Notes: a model not told the origin generated them from the sequence alone. Shown: positions 1 to 12,385, counted from the stretch's first letter. The stretch: 32,415 nucleotides of DNA from Octopus bimaculoides (GCF_001194135.2 NC_068982.1:179622420-179654834), one strand, 5' to 3'. Numbers and translations are program-made.

Positions 1-40
<40 letters not shown>

Positions 41-145
41 GCATACACATACACATGTTTTCATATATGTATTCGTTACACACACATACACACATACTAT
101 TAGTATGATTGTTTTTTTATATATTTATTGTTATTATATTTGGTG

Positions 146-416
146 CCCAGTCGGTCACGACGCTAAGTGTTCCAGTTGATCCGATCAACGGAACAGCTTG
201 ATCATGAAATTAACTTTCTCGTGGCTTAGCACTCCACAGACACATGTACCTTTAACGATTCAGTGTAACACAGATATTACTCATTTTTGCCAGGTAAGTA
301 GACTGGAGAAACGTGAAATAGTGTCTTTCGCAAGGACACAACAATCCGCCGACAATCGAATTCACAACCTTAGGCTCGTGATCCGACTACTCTAGCCACT
401 AAACTACGCGCCTCCA
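146..416 (-). mobile_element. tRNA-derived SINE, family C (diverged, near full length)
   Basis: Reverse complement starts GGAGGCGCGTAGTTTAGTGG (A box), has a degenerate B box, then TGTGTCCTTGCGAAAGACAC..CCAGTCTACTTACCTGGCAAAAATGAG, shared with copies at 16921, 17289, 17441 and 32235. Confidence 0.8.
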
Positions 417-536
417 TATATATTCTCTCCTGATGGCCCCATCAATTTGCTAGCATCCAGTATGCGGAACTTTCAACAGCTAGCATTTGCATCTACAAGT
501 GGTTTGTAAAAACTATATATATATATATATATATAT

Positions 537-845
537 GGAGTGGCTGTGTGGTAAGTAGCTTGCATACTAACCATATCGTTCCGGGTTCAGTCCCACTGCG
601 TGGCACCTTGGGCAAGTGTCTTCTACTATACTCTCGGGCTGACCAAAGCCTTTTGAGTAGATATGGTAGACGGAAACTGCAAAGAAGCCCGTCATGTATA
701 AATATATATGTGTGTGTGTTTGTGTGTATGTTTGCGTGTCTGTGTTTGTCCCCCCCACCACCACCATCGTTTGACAACCGATTTTGGTGTGCTTACTTCC
801 CCGTAACTTAGCATGGACGCAGTCAAATGACTGAAACAAGTAAAT
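537..845 (+). mobile_element. tRNA-derived SINE, family A, internally deleted
   Basis: GGAGTGGCTGTGTGGTAAG..CCGGGTTCAGTCCCACTGCGTGGCACCTTGGGCAAGTGTC head/core, internal TG tract, tail GCAGTCAAATGACTGAAACAAGTAAA. Homologous to 12549-12930 and 15661-16060 but lacks the segment between CGTAACTTAGC and ATGG. Confidence 0.85.
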
Positions 846-928
846 GAATATGTATGTATGTGTGTGTGTATGTTTGTGTGTGTGTATGTTTGTGTGTGTG
901 TGTGTGTGTGTGTAAAATACATTATACA

Positions 929-2132
929 TATTGGGTCATCCCATTAATAATGCGTTGTTTTCAATTGCATGAACTAAAAGTCAGAGGGGGGTCGGATAAA
1001 CTACCTGCATTAACTTGCTATAAAAGCCGGTAGTAATTTAACCTTATACTTATTCTTAGTGCAAGTTTTGAAGAATGCAGTTCAATTTTAACAGTTATTT
1101 TTTCAAAGCTATAATGTAGGTGACAAAGGAGCATATTCGGCATATTTTGCTTTTGAGTTCAATAAAGACAACGCAACGGAAAGCACGGGGAATGTTAATG
1201 CAGTATATGGGGATCGGGCAAATAAGCGTCGGCCAGTGTCAACGCTGCTTCCAGAATTTCCGAACCGGAAACTACAGCCTAGAAGACGAGCCTCGTCCTG
1301 GAAGATTTGTAGAGCACGATGAGGATCTCCTGCAAACTCTGGTGGAACAAAATCCCATCGTAACTGTTCAGGAACTAGCAGAGAAGCTTGGATTCGGCCA
1401 TCCAACCATTCATCGACGCCTGTGTTATCGGAAAAGTCAGCAAATTGGATTAATGGGTTTCTCACAAACTTTCCCAGTCTAATCGCGCGCAGAGTGAATG
1501 TGTGTTCTTCTCGCTGGCAAGTGCCGAAGATGGTGGGTAGGGAAAGGAGAAACACCGGCACCCAGGCTAAAGGTCTTCACCCACTAAGGTGTTGTTATCT
1601 GTTTGGTGGAATATGAAGCGTTTAGTCCACTTTGAACTTTTAAGCCCAAACCAAACGATAAGAAAAGAAATCCACTGCGAGCAGCTTGAGCGGCTAAAGT
1701 CAGTGCTAGAAGAAAAACGACCATCTTTGGTTTCAAAACGAAAGGTGTTCTTCCATCAGGATAATGCTCAGCCACATACAGCGAGGATGACATTCCAAAG
1801 GATGGAGCAGTTTGAATGGGAAACGATGTCCCAGCCCACCATATTCGCCGGACATTGCCCCATCTGATTATCATTTATTGCTCAGTCTTCAAAATCATTT
1901 GAACTGGAAAAAATATGAATTCTGTAGACGAGGTCAGAACAATACTGGAGGAGTATTTTTGTCACGGACAAGAGAATTTTGAGAGAGGGGCCTTGCAAGT
2001 CTACCAAATAGATAGAAGTGCATTGTAGAAAATGGAGAGTATACTTTAGATTAAAAAAGAACCTTGTTTATCTTAATTTTGAAAAATAAAAGAAGTATTA
2101 AAAAATCGCATTACTTATAGGATGGCCCAATA
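929..2132 (+). mobile_element. mariner (Tc1/mariner DD34D) transposon, defective
   Basis: Imperfect ~28-bp TIRs (TTGGGTCATCCCATTAATAATGCGTTGTTT at 931; AAAAATCGCATTACTTATAGGATGGCCCAA ending 2130) with TA at 929-930 and 2131-2132. Frameshifted transposase with HTH region (TKEHIRHILL..SLEDEPRPGR), WVSHKL (WVPHEL-like), LLSVWWN, FHQDNAQPH and YSPDIAPSDYH. Confidence 0.95.
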
Positions 2133-2764
2133 CATACGTGAGCCAGTGCGTGTGTATGTGTGTGTGTGTGTGCGTGCGTAGATAATATTCTTTTTATGAA
2201 CATAATACAAAACTATAACCAGGTTCGGACATTCACCCCATATTTTACGGCAAACAATAAATAATTACTCTTATCCACAAAAGAAGAGTAAATCGTTCCA
2301 TGAGATGAAATCAGCAAGAACAAGCTATCTCGAGTGTTAGAAAAATCAATTTGTTAATGGCACAAAAAATGCAAACTTCATTCAGAATCAGGAATCAAAA
2401 AAGCCGTTCAACGGTATTTCTGACAATAAGCACTCTTTGACTATTGCTCAGATTTGTGACCTACCCACTTGGTACAACAATTCCACTGTACAACTGATGT
2501 GTTTCATCGTCATTGATTTGTATGAAGTTGCACAGCATAAAACATTTAAACGTTATTCTGCGGCGAAGATATCTATCTCGTGTGCTTTCGTCTATTTTAT
2601 TGCACTTTCTATACATGTGCATCTGTTATTTATGCATAACTTTGAAAGACTTAACACTAACTTTAGTTTATTAATAATATACTGATCGTAAGTTGTACTG
2701 AAGGAATATAAAGATATTAAAACGGGTATTTGCCAGTCATAAAGAAGATGAAATAAATTTTTGG

Positions 2765-3120
2765 TAGGCGCAGATATAGCCATATGCTTAAAATGTTCAA
2801 TTCACAGCCACATAGTTTTGGGTTTCATTTCACTGTGCGATGCCTTGGGCAAGTGTATTCTACTACTGTGCCGAGCTGACCAATCCCTTGTAAGAAGAAT
2901 TGGTAGACGGAAACTTTATGGAGGCCCCTCGCATATGTTTGTGTTGTGTGCGAGTGTTTAACCTTCTATAACATCTTCGCACGAATTCGGTCGACTAAAG
3001 CGGTGACAAAACGCTGACAAAACTCACTGTAGCTCAGCGCTTTTGGAGACAACTGAGGGAAAATGTCCCTTATGTGAGAAACGGTTACAGGTTAGCGACA
3101 GAAAAAGCATCCGGCAAATT
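2765..3120 (+). mobile_element. old family-A-related SINE
   Basis: Degenerate head, GCCTTGGGCAAGTGTATTCTACTA core, TGGTAGACGGAAACT, and a tail-like GGTTAGCGACAGAAAAAGCATCCGGC related to the minus-strand tail at 10286-10385. Confidence 0.6.
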
Positions 3121-3298
3121 GTCAATACCTCAACAATATGCTTTTCGTTCAACTCGTGTTTGTAAGAAAACACGAACGTTAAACAACTGAACGGACTTAA
3201 CTTGAACCAGATTTGAGTCTTCACTCTTTATTTAACCTGGAGAATAATGATCTTTGTAAAACAGTACAAAATAATAAACTTTAACTGTCTTTTTCCAT

Positions 3299-3353
<55 letters not shown>

Positions 3354-3792
3354 CACACACACATGCACACACCATACACACAGGATAGACGTGTGCGCGC
3401 TTGAGTGTCTGTCTATGTACACATGTATGTTTATAGGTGAATGTTCTCGTGTGTGTACTTGAGTTAGTCTGTTCTGGTGGATATATCATTGTTACTAGTA
3501 TCACATATAGATATATAAAACTTTGTTTACTTTATTCTTGTACTTGTACAAATTCGGTTACGTCTGGTTCTTTTATACGAACCTTACAATGTCTGATTCT
3601 TCTTTATGCATCAGTCATTTTGTCTTTCAATAAAATATTTTGTCCAATAATTCCATGTTTCTACTTCCCCTTACAACAGTTCATCTACTTCCCGTTCTCT
3701 TCGTCAAAACTAGTTTCCGACGAATATGTTATTCAATTACTCTGGAATTTATTTCCTTTTCGGTTTCTCTATAAATTTTTTCCCCCTCGCAA

Positions 3793-4027
3793 GCGTAAGC
3801 ATGACTGTGTGATTAAGAAGCTCGCTTCACAGCTACATGATTTCGAATTCAGACCCACGGCATAGCACCTTAAACTCGGGACGACTGATACCTATTGAGT
3901 GAATTTGGTAAACAGAAACCGACAGAATAAGTACCGAACTTAGAAAAATAAACTCTGGAATCAGTTTGTTCGACTAAACCCTTCAGAGCAGTGCCCCAGC
4001 TTGGCCGCTGACTGAAACAAGTAAGAG
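3793..4027 (+). mobile_element. family-A-related SINE, degenerate and deleted
   Basis: Head GCATGACTGTGTGATTAAGAAGC; tail GTTCGACTAAA..GTGCCCCAGCTTGGCCGC..TGACTGAAACAAGTAAGAG matches the family A 3' end. Confidence 0.65.
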
Positions 4028-4527
4028 TTACAAAATAGAAGATAATCACATTGTAATTGTAAACTTCCCATTACTTGGTTTCAACGTACTTCTTATCATT
4101 TGATATTTCAATTCTTTTTCTCTTCCCCATTTTTAATAGATTTATTAGACCACACTTCTTTGATCGTTTTAAAATATTCAATCATATTTTTACCAACAGT
4201 CTTTTCGGTAATGTACTGATACATTTAACGCTTTCATATTCGGCATTGTAACTTTCCTCAAATTTTAAACCACATGCAAAATACATAATGATCGTATTTT
4301 CTCCTAAATATGGACTTAAACAGTCATAATTTATAATTCTACCACTACCACAACTAAATTTAGCATTGCCACTTCATCCACGTTTTCATTTTCAGCTTAG
4401 CATTTTCTTTCCTTCCTATTTTATCATGCTACATTCTGCTCAATACAACTGAAACACTTTTATAAACCAGTAAGCCAATATATAAAGTGACATACGCACG
4501 GACACGCATACATGTGTGTGCGCGCGC

Positions 4528-4572
<45 letters not shown>

Positions 4573-5434
4573 CATACAAACACACAGAGACACACACATG
4601 CATACATACATACATTCACACATACACACGCATATTTATACACACACAAATGCGTGCGTGTATTTGTGTGCAGATACACTATGTTAATAACACGCCCAGC
4701 CAAGGAGTCCTACTTCTGAAGTCTAAGACTATAATATATCTCCAGTATATCGCACTATGTTTAAATTAGTTAAAATATTAAAACAAGCCTCCTCTTTCTC
4801 TTTCTCTATGTGCAAATACTTACGATAAAATATATTTCTGGAAAGAAAAACTCATCTTATTTTATCTGGAAGCAAATAGTATTATTAGATCATTTTAATT
4901 AATAATTTAATTAGGTTTTACTATAGAAAATGATCTGGGAACGGCCGTCAGTTAATTAAATTAGAGAAGTCTTTCATTAATTGTGGAAAAGAAGAGAAAT
5001 TTTCTCATAGATGTATCTTAACACTATCCAATTGTACAACCGAAGTGTGAGATAAAAATTAAATAAGTGAGATCAGTTATAATCAATTTTCTAAATTAGC
5101 TTTTAAACAGAATAGACAAGAAAGTGTGAGAGTTGTAGCAATGAAGAATGACTGTGACAAGTTGTTTAGAAATGTCTTCTAAATTGAACTACATTTCAGT
5201 AGAGTTGCACATATCTTTACTAACAGAGCTGCCTTTTATTAAATGTTTGCATATGGTGTGTAAAATTATAACATAAAGTGTATGCATAAAGATAAGAGTT
5301 CGTATGTAAAAGTGTATTGACAGGCATTTTATGTGTATGTATCCAAGATGTATTAAAGATATTACTATTGAAGTGGAGATAAATTATATTTTGTGCACGT
5401 ACTAACGCACTTATGCCGTGAGTAGCTATCAATG

Positions 5435-5492
<58 letters not shown>

Positions 5493-5829
5493 GTACATAT
5501 ATTACATATACGTACACATATATGCATATGTATATAGGAACAGAGGGGGGTTGATAGATACATAAAGAGAGAGAGAGAGAGAGTGAGAGACATACATGCA
5601 AACACTGAGCTATACATAGACACAAAGACAGATTTCAATCAGTTGATTGTAGTAATTCATATTAAGAAACAACTCCATCTAACATAGTAATGATACTGGA
5701 TATTTATTGTTTTCTTGCAACAGGACTAAATGTTGTCATTCTCATTTCCTCACATAAGAGAGATTATACAGCCACATAGATTTGTGTGTGTGTATATGAG
5801 TGTATATGAGTGTTTGCGCGCGCGCGTAC

Positions 5830-5923
<94 letters not shown>

Positions 5924-6331
5924 TTATGTATTATGTATGTGTGTATACGTATGTATGTATGTATGTATGTATGTATATATGTATGTATGTATGTATACAC
6001 GTTGGTATGTATATTTGCATGTGTGTGTGTTTGCAACTAACGACGAGATGAGAAAGCGAAGCATAATGTGTTTATTCGCTTGATTCTCTAGAACGCAAGA
6101 AATTAAACGTATCTATGACGTTTCGAACTTTAGTTCTTCTTCGAAAAGTTTCATAATTAGAAAAAGGAAAAACTTGAAAGGAAAGAAAAATCGGAAGCAA
6201 CTTAGAAAGATGGGTGTTAGTTTGTGGTAGGTTTTATTTAAAATGGTACAAAATGAATGGATGAATGACCAGGAGTGACAGAAGGTTCATACGTACAAAA
6301 GCAACAAGGTAAGAACTGTGAGTAAATTATG

Positions 6332-6336
<5 letters not shown>

Positions 6337-6428
<92 letters not shown>

Positions 6429-7320
6429 AAGATGTATGTGTGCCCAAAGAAAGCATCAAGTGTGAAGATTGTGGATGTAAATTATGCGTGTGCTTCTGTG
6501 CGTGCATGTATGCATGTATGTATGTATGTACGTTTGTATGTGTTTGTGAACTATCAAAGCATGTGTGCGTGTTTCTTACAATGTTAGTGTGTGCAATGTA
6601 AACACTATATACTGATGTGAGTTTATAGCTATAGGGTGTATGAGTGTATACCTACGTGTGTACATTAGTGTGTGTGTGTGTGTTGTGTGTGTTGTGTGTG
6701 AGAGTGAGAGAAAGAGAAAGAGCTAATATGTATGAGTTTTGAAATTTGCACGCAAGCGTCTACGTATATGCGTGTGCATGTATGCGTGTGCATGTTTGCG
6801 TGTGTGTGTTATTTTTTAGTGTCCGTGTATATAATGTGAGCCCAGTGTGTGTGACTTTGTGTGAATAGATGTATTGTTGTGAAGTATGTCTATGTCTGTG
6901 TGTGAGTATGTATTTGTGCACGTAAATATGTGTGAGTGTGTGAGTATTGCCATGTTGTTTAACTGGACCACGTATACATAGATGTATGTAGTATGTATGA
7001 TTGTATGTGTGCGTTTAATGTGTGCGCGAATTGTTTAAGTGTGTATGTGTAATTGTTTGTGACTGCGTGCGCATTATGATTGGTGTGCTTATAAAGAAGT
7101 GATATAATTTGTAGAAGTGATATGGGTGATATGTTTGTGTTCCTGTTTTTATTTATGCTGTGTGTATGTATGTGGACGGAAAAGTGGTGCTTTTGAGTGA
7201 GTTTGTATTTTATGTGTATCTGGATGCATGTGGGTATGAATGTTTATGTATTTGTGTGCTGTGTGTGTGTGTGTATGTGTGTGTTTGTGTGGGGTGGAGA
7301 GGGTGAAGTGTTGATATACA
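6337..7320. repeat. pure (GT)n tract followed by ~0.9 kb of degenerate TG/TA-rich low-complexity sequence
   Basis: Read directly from the sequence. It abuts the 3' end of the minus-strand PLE relic. Confidence 0.85.
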
Positions 7321-7341
7321 AGAATAAATAGTAATGGTTTA

Positions 7342-8215
7342 GCCCGTAAGGAGTTGGTATTTAGAAATTGAAAATGAGTCCTTGCTCGTGTTGGAGGTGA
7401 GTGTCTGAAGAATCGTTGAAAGGGTTACGCTAAGCACGGAGAGATGCCGAGTGGAGTAATCTGCAGGGCGGAAGTGGCATGCAACTAAAAGTCATTACCA
7501 AGATGGCTGTCCTCAAGATGTTCTGTAAATCGATAAAATAAGCGTTGCCCCGTCTGTCTGAATTGTAGAGGGAAAGCCTTATGTATTAAATAAGATTGGT
7601 AGAAGTAAAGCTGGAGAAATTATTTGTATGGAAAAGATGTGGTTGAATTTGGTAAGGAAGGTGGTGTCGGAGAGAAAATGCAAACAAGGATGAGGGGAGC
7701 AAGAAGTTACCCAGAGTGCATGCTTGGGTAGAAAAGGAGCTACGCACATGTAGATCATGTAGATTACAGGCGCACTCAAAGAGGAGGAGTGATAGGTTGG
7801 GAAGATGTGGAAAGTGCTGAAGTCAGATAGAGGATTCGGAATGCACAGAGAAAACTGCACTGGAGAGCTAGTATTGAAAGATAGTAGGTATGAGGCAAAA
7901 GGAATGCGGTTGAAGAAGAGGTGGACGAGAGCGGAGATGCAGTCGACGTCACAAGCGTACGTGAGGGCAAATTTGACATGGCAAGGTTTACGTATCAAGT
8001 GAAGGGTTCAGCCATGTATTAAGATTGTATCACAAAACCATGGTCGCCGTTTTATAGACGATGGAAGTGGAGGAATTCAGCGTAGGAGAGGAAGTGAAAT
8101 CAAAGTAGAAATGAGTATCCGTGGGTTTGTAAAAAATGATGATAGTGAGGATAAAGGAGGGGTTATCTGTGTGAATAGCTAGGATATAAATTGCAGCAAA
8201 AATACTTAACACTTT
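7342..8215 (-). mobile_element. Penelope-like element relic (Neptune-type): RT thumb, Cys linker and GIY-YIG endonuclease
   Basis: Manual minus-strand translation across frameshifts: FYKPTDTHFYFDFTSS (PLE thumb, typically YRKPTDTHxYLxxxSxHP), TSCSPHPCLHFL (Cys linker), TNLI*YI..LY..QT..QRLFYRFTEHL..ACHF..EQGLIF..TPYGL (GIY-YIG C-terminus). Confidence 0.8.
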
Positions 8216-8239
8216 GAAGGAATGAATTGTGTTTTTAAA

Positions 8240-8510
8240 TGGTTAAATGGCTTTTCCACTATGTGATTGCTTCGCTTTCAACATTCAGCTGCATATCAAG
8301 CCATCTGATAAACACATACATACATACATGCATGCATACATACATACATACATACATACATACATACATACATACATACATTCATACATACATACAAAAA
8401 GAAACCAACCTACTAGCTCGCACATTACAAATACAATCTGTAAGCGGAACAGTAATATTATGCAAGACATTTTCTCAGATATAAAACGTGACATTGTTTT
8501 CGTTGTCTAC
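8240..8510 (+). mobile_element. 3' fragment of an R4/Dong-like RLE retroelement, interrupted by (TACA)n
   Basis: QKETNLLARTLQIQSVSGTVILCKTF is nucleotide-homologous to 28780-28860 (ACATTACA.ATACAATCTGTAAG.GGAACAGTAA.A.TATGCAAGAC), the C-terminus of the RLE element at 26129. Confidence 0.7.
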
Positions 8511-8700
8511 ATTCCAAAGATCTCATGGGGGGGGGAGGATTTAGGTAATTAAAAACAGAAAAGAACATGCATACGCACACACATACATACATACACACAT
8601 ACATACATACATACATACATACATACATCCATACATACATACATTTATACAACATCATCATCATCATCATCTTTTAAAATCCATTTCCCATTCTAGAATA

Positions 8701-8701
<1 letters not shown>

Positions 8702-8787
<86 letters not shown>
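8702..8787. repeat. (GT)n microsatellite
   Basis: Perfect dinucleotide tract. Confidence 0.95.
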
Positions 8788-8789
<2 letters not shown>

Positions 8790-9039
8790 GTGTATTGTTT
8801 TATGTTTCTTACAAAATGTAATTATCCAAAGACAATCTTTAGCGAAATAGCTGATGAGGACTAAATTTTCTTTTGTGTTCTTACCGAGTGTGCATATTTT
8901 TTTTCTCCTATGCAGTGTTTCGTTTATCTTGTGGCTAAACTATCTACGCCCCTAATCATATAAGGTTATATGATTAAGGAAAGTAGATAGTTTAACTATA
9001 AAATAAAGCTACCATATCTAAAAGAGGGCATCAAGTAAT

Positions 9040-9140
9040 TATTATTGTAACAAGATTCAACAGTTTGCCAAGAGGACTGAAACCTTGCGCAGTAGGTGAC
9101 CTTAGTTGAAATTGGATTCAAGCTACTTGAAGCCGATATC
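9040..9140 (+). mobile_element. possible CR1-group LINE 3' relic
   Basis: TRFNSLPRGLK followed, after a frameshift, by LKLD resembles CR1-type C-termini (LFNxLPxxLR...FKxKLD). Short and weak. Confidence 0.3.
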
Positions 9141-9462
9141 AATAATTCTCGTAGTGCAATACAGTATACTCCCCATATATGCATTTGATCGATATTCAAT
9201 ATAGCATGTCTTAGTTATTGATTGGTCGTGATATAAGTGATGTTCTTTAGAAAACATCGTGATTCGCTATAAAACAAGATATTAACAAAGTGACCTTCTA
9301 TAAACACAAGTTCAAACCACTACAGTAGCGATAATGTGTTTGCTTCCAATATTTGTGGAAACATTCACTTAGCTATTTTCTCAATTGAACAGTCATGTTT
9401 TTATATATAATTATATGGTACCTGTATCAATAATCATATATAGAATTCCGTAGGTAACTTAC

Positions 9463-9558
9463 CTGTAAGGTTATAATAAATGAGAAGGTCGCCATCGTTG
9501 TCCTGTTCACAGACACACTACTTTGGTTACACTGAGGCCCGAACTCTCCAAACCGACA
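9463..9558 (-). CDS. candidate 96-nt exon with an EGF/laminin-EGF-like start (CRFGEFGPQCNQS...)
   Basis: Minus-strand acceptor TTTCATATCTTTTATTACAG and donor CAG|GTAAGT; open in phase 0 with length divisible by 3. No partner exon identified. Confidence 0.3.
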
Positions 9559-10003
9559 CTGTAATAAAAGATATGAAATATATATTTAACTGCTATAAAA
9601 TTAAAACATTGGAATATTAGGATAATGGTTGTTAGAATAGTGAAGTACTGAGGAAGAAAAAGTAGTCCTTACTTAAAGAACAAAATCTCTTGTAAGGCTT
9701 AAACACCTTAGACTCTTGTTATCTCAAGAAGACAATGAACAAAGGATATCTAAAATACGATATCCACACAAACACAAAAACTACTATCATGTGGGTGTTA
9801 TAACGATTCGTAGTTGTTACACTGCATGATGATTTCAGTACCATATAAAGTACACCAGATGTTTATCGAAGTAACATAGCATAACAGGTGTCATCACAAT
9901 TTGTCAAACATGATTGATATCACCTCAATGTGTTATATATGACAGTTGTCATCTTAAGATGTTATATACAACTGATGTCACCTCATTATATTTAGTATAA
10001 CAA

Positions 10004-10223
10004 GGCGGCGAGCAGGCAGAATCGTCAGCACGCCAGGCGAAATGCTTAGCGGTATTTCGTCCCTCTTTGCATTCTGGGTTCAAATTCCTCCGAGGTCCAC
10101 CCTGCCTTTCATCCTTTTGAAGTCGATAAAATGAGCACCAGTTGAGTACTGGAGCTGATATAATCGATTTACTTCTCCCTCGAAATTGTTGGCTTTGTGC
10201 TAAAATTTGAAATCAATATATAC
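10004..10223 (+). mobile_element. tRNA-derived SINE, family B, with 10-bp TSD
   Basis: GGCGGCGAGCAGGCAGAATCGTCAGCACGCCAGGCGAAATGCTTAGCGGTATTTCG..GGGTTCAAATTCC; AGTATAACAA at 9994-10003 and 10224-10233. Confidence 0.9.
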
Positions 10224-10285
10224 AGTATAACAAATGTCGTCACCTCAGCATGTTATATGGTATTATATCTGTGAATGTAAGCATT

Positions 10286-10385
10286 ATCATCGTTTAACGT
10301 CCACTTTTCCATGCATGCATGGATCATATGGAATTTGTTGAGGCGCATTTTTTGCTACGGCTGGATGCTCTTTCTGTTGCCAAAA
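10286..10385 (-). mobile_element. retroposon 3' tail fragment
   Basis: Reverse complement GGCAACAGAAAGAGCATCCAGCCGTAG..CCTCAACAAATTCC..GCATGGAAAAGTGGACGTTAAACGATGA; its start is related to the tail at ~3085-3115. Confidence 0.55.
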
Positions 10386-10844
10386 CAAAGTTCTTCAAAT
10401 CACAAACTTCCATTTTGAAAAAGGACAAGTTAGATAATGAAATCTTAAGGGTGACCATCAGATGAGTCTTAGATGATGAGCTTCTTGGATAAGAGCTAAC
10501 TTGGAGCGAAACAACAACAGTCAGAAACTCGAGAATATAACAGCCCAGTTTTCGGTTTCAAATTGATTCCATTTCAAACAGCAAAACTTTATGGAACTAA
10601 AGAGACGAAGTAACTTCTCGTTTATTGTCTCATAATTGAGAAGTGTCTTTAGAATTGGTTGCCAACAATTTCCTCCTTTCCAACAACGGTAAATCGATGA
10701 ACATAAAGAAATATGTGTGAATATATGTGTGTTTACATACGTATGTACACGGGTGTGCACATGCAGGTGCGCCAATGTATCTGTGGATACACACATATAT
10801 ATGCACACACACNNNNNNNNNNATGTGGATACACACATATATAT

Positions 10845-10897
<53 letters not shown>

Positions 10898-10980
10898 CAT
10901 CCCCATCCTGATTGTAGTTCAATGACTGGAACTACCAAATATTGTGTCTATATACATACATACATGCATACATACATACG

Positions 10981-11023
<43 letters not shown>

Positions 11024-11340
11024 ATAGATATGCATACATATATACATGCTTATATACATACATATATGCATACATTCACAGAGACACACACACGCACACA
11101 AGAAATACATGCACCTACCCACATATATGTATTGTATCATATCTCTATCGCATTTATACAGTCATACACACACACACACATACATATGTATATGTAAGTA
11201 TTATATACGTGTGTGTATGAGTGTATAAATGAGAAAGAGATATGGTACAATTATAGATATATTTAGATAGACTACATATAAATATTGACGCATATAAATA
11301 AATACGTTTGTTAGCATGTAAGCGTGTATGTGCGTGTGTA

Positions 11341-11395
<55 letters not shown>

Positions 11396-11635
11396 CTATT
11401 TATGTATTATGTTGTGTCTGAAGGGTGGCTAATATGCGGGTTAAGTTGAAAGCAGATATTAAGAAAATCTAAAGAGATAGATAGAATGATCAAAGACAGA
11501 AAAGAGAAGAGAGAGAGTAGAAACAAGACAGAAGGAGGGGAAAAAAAAGCACCGTGGGGGTGGGTTTTTCTATAAGTCTTCGTTTTTACGAAATTAATAT
11601 ATTAATGGAAAATGGGCGGCCAAAACCGATTATGT

Positions 11636-11810
11636 ACAACAACAACAACAACAACGCCGACGACGACTACCGCTACTGCTGCTGCTACCACTACTAATAC
11701 TACAACTATTACTACTACTAACCCCACCACCACAACCACCTCCACCACCACCACCACCATTACTACTACTATTACTACTACTACTGCTATTGCTACTGCT
11801 GCTGCATCCA
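11636..11810. repeat. compound trinucleotide microsatellite (ACA/CGA/CTG/CCA/CTA)
   Basis: Successive in-phase triplet tracts; these produce the spurious poly-Thr/Val/Ser ORFs. Confidence 0.9.
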
Positions 11811-12080
11811 TAGCGATAGCTAAAGCAAATGGGAAACGGAAAGCAGCCATAACGAAAGAAATGGTAACAAGAGAAACGACTACAAAAACAGACCAAAAAC
11901 AACAACAGCCAGAATGACGACAGCATCAACAGATAACAAGTTGGAAATAAATCGAGAATTTGAATAATTCGGAAAAAATTATAAGTAAGCGTGTGAATGT
12001 GAGTGTACATGTTCGTGTGTGTGTGTGTGCGTGTGTGTGTGTGTGTGTGAGTTTATGTGCGCATGTATGGGTGCATGTCA

Positions 12081-12120
<40 letters not shown>

Positions 12121-12154
12121 GATATACATGTGTATGTATGTATATGTATGGTTA

Positions 12155-12186
12155 GACAGACAGACGGACGGACGGACGGACATGCA

Positions 12187-12220
<34 letters not shown>

Positions 12221-12307
12221 CATACGTACATACATACATAGAGACAAATAGACAGACAGACAAACAGACAGACAGGCAGACATAGACAGACAGACAGACA
12301 GACAGAC

Positions 12308-12381
<74 letters not shown>

Positions 12382-12385
12382 GCAG
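12155..12385. repeat. compound tetranucleotide microsatellite (GACG/TACA/GACA/GATA)
   Basis: Read directly from the sequence. Confidence 0.9.

Noticed and set aside
3024-3238. Minus-strand exon-like ORF with AG/GT-like ends
   Set aside because: About half of it is the antisense of a SINE tail, and there is no protein similarity.
4050-4380. Minus-strand Cys-containing open stretch (FSCGSGRIINYDC...)
   Set aside because: No splice acceptor or start, it is interrupted by stops, and I do not recognise the family.
10782-10860. Direct repeat around the 10-N gap (likewise 15805-15967)
   Set aside because: Identical sequence on both sides of a short placeholder gap is typical of unmerged contig overlap, so an assembly artefact.
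11602-12010. Mucin-like poly-Thr or hydrophobic poly-Val ORF
   Set aside because: A compound triplet microsatellite, open on both strands, with no splice or domain support.
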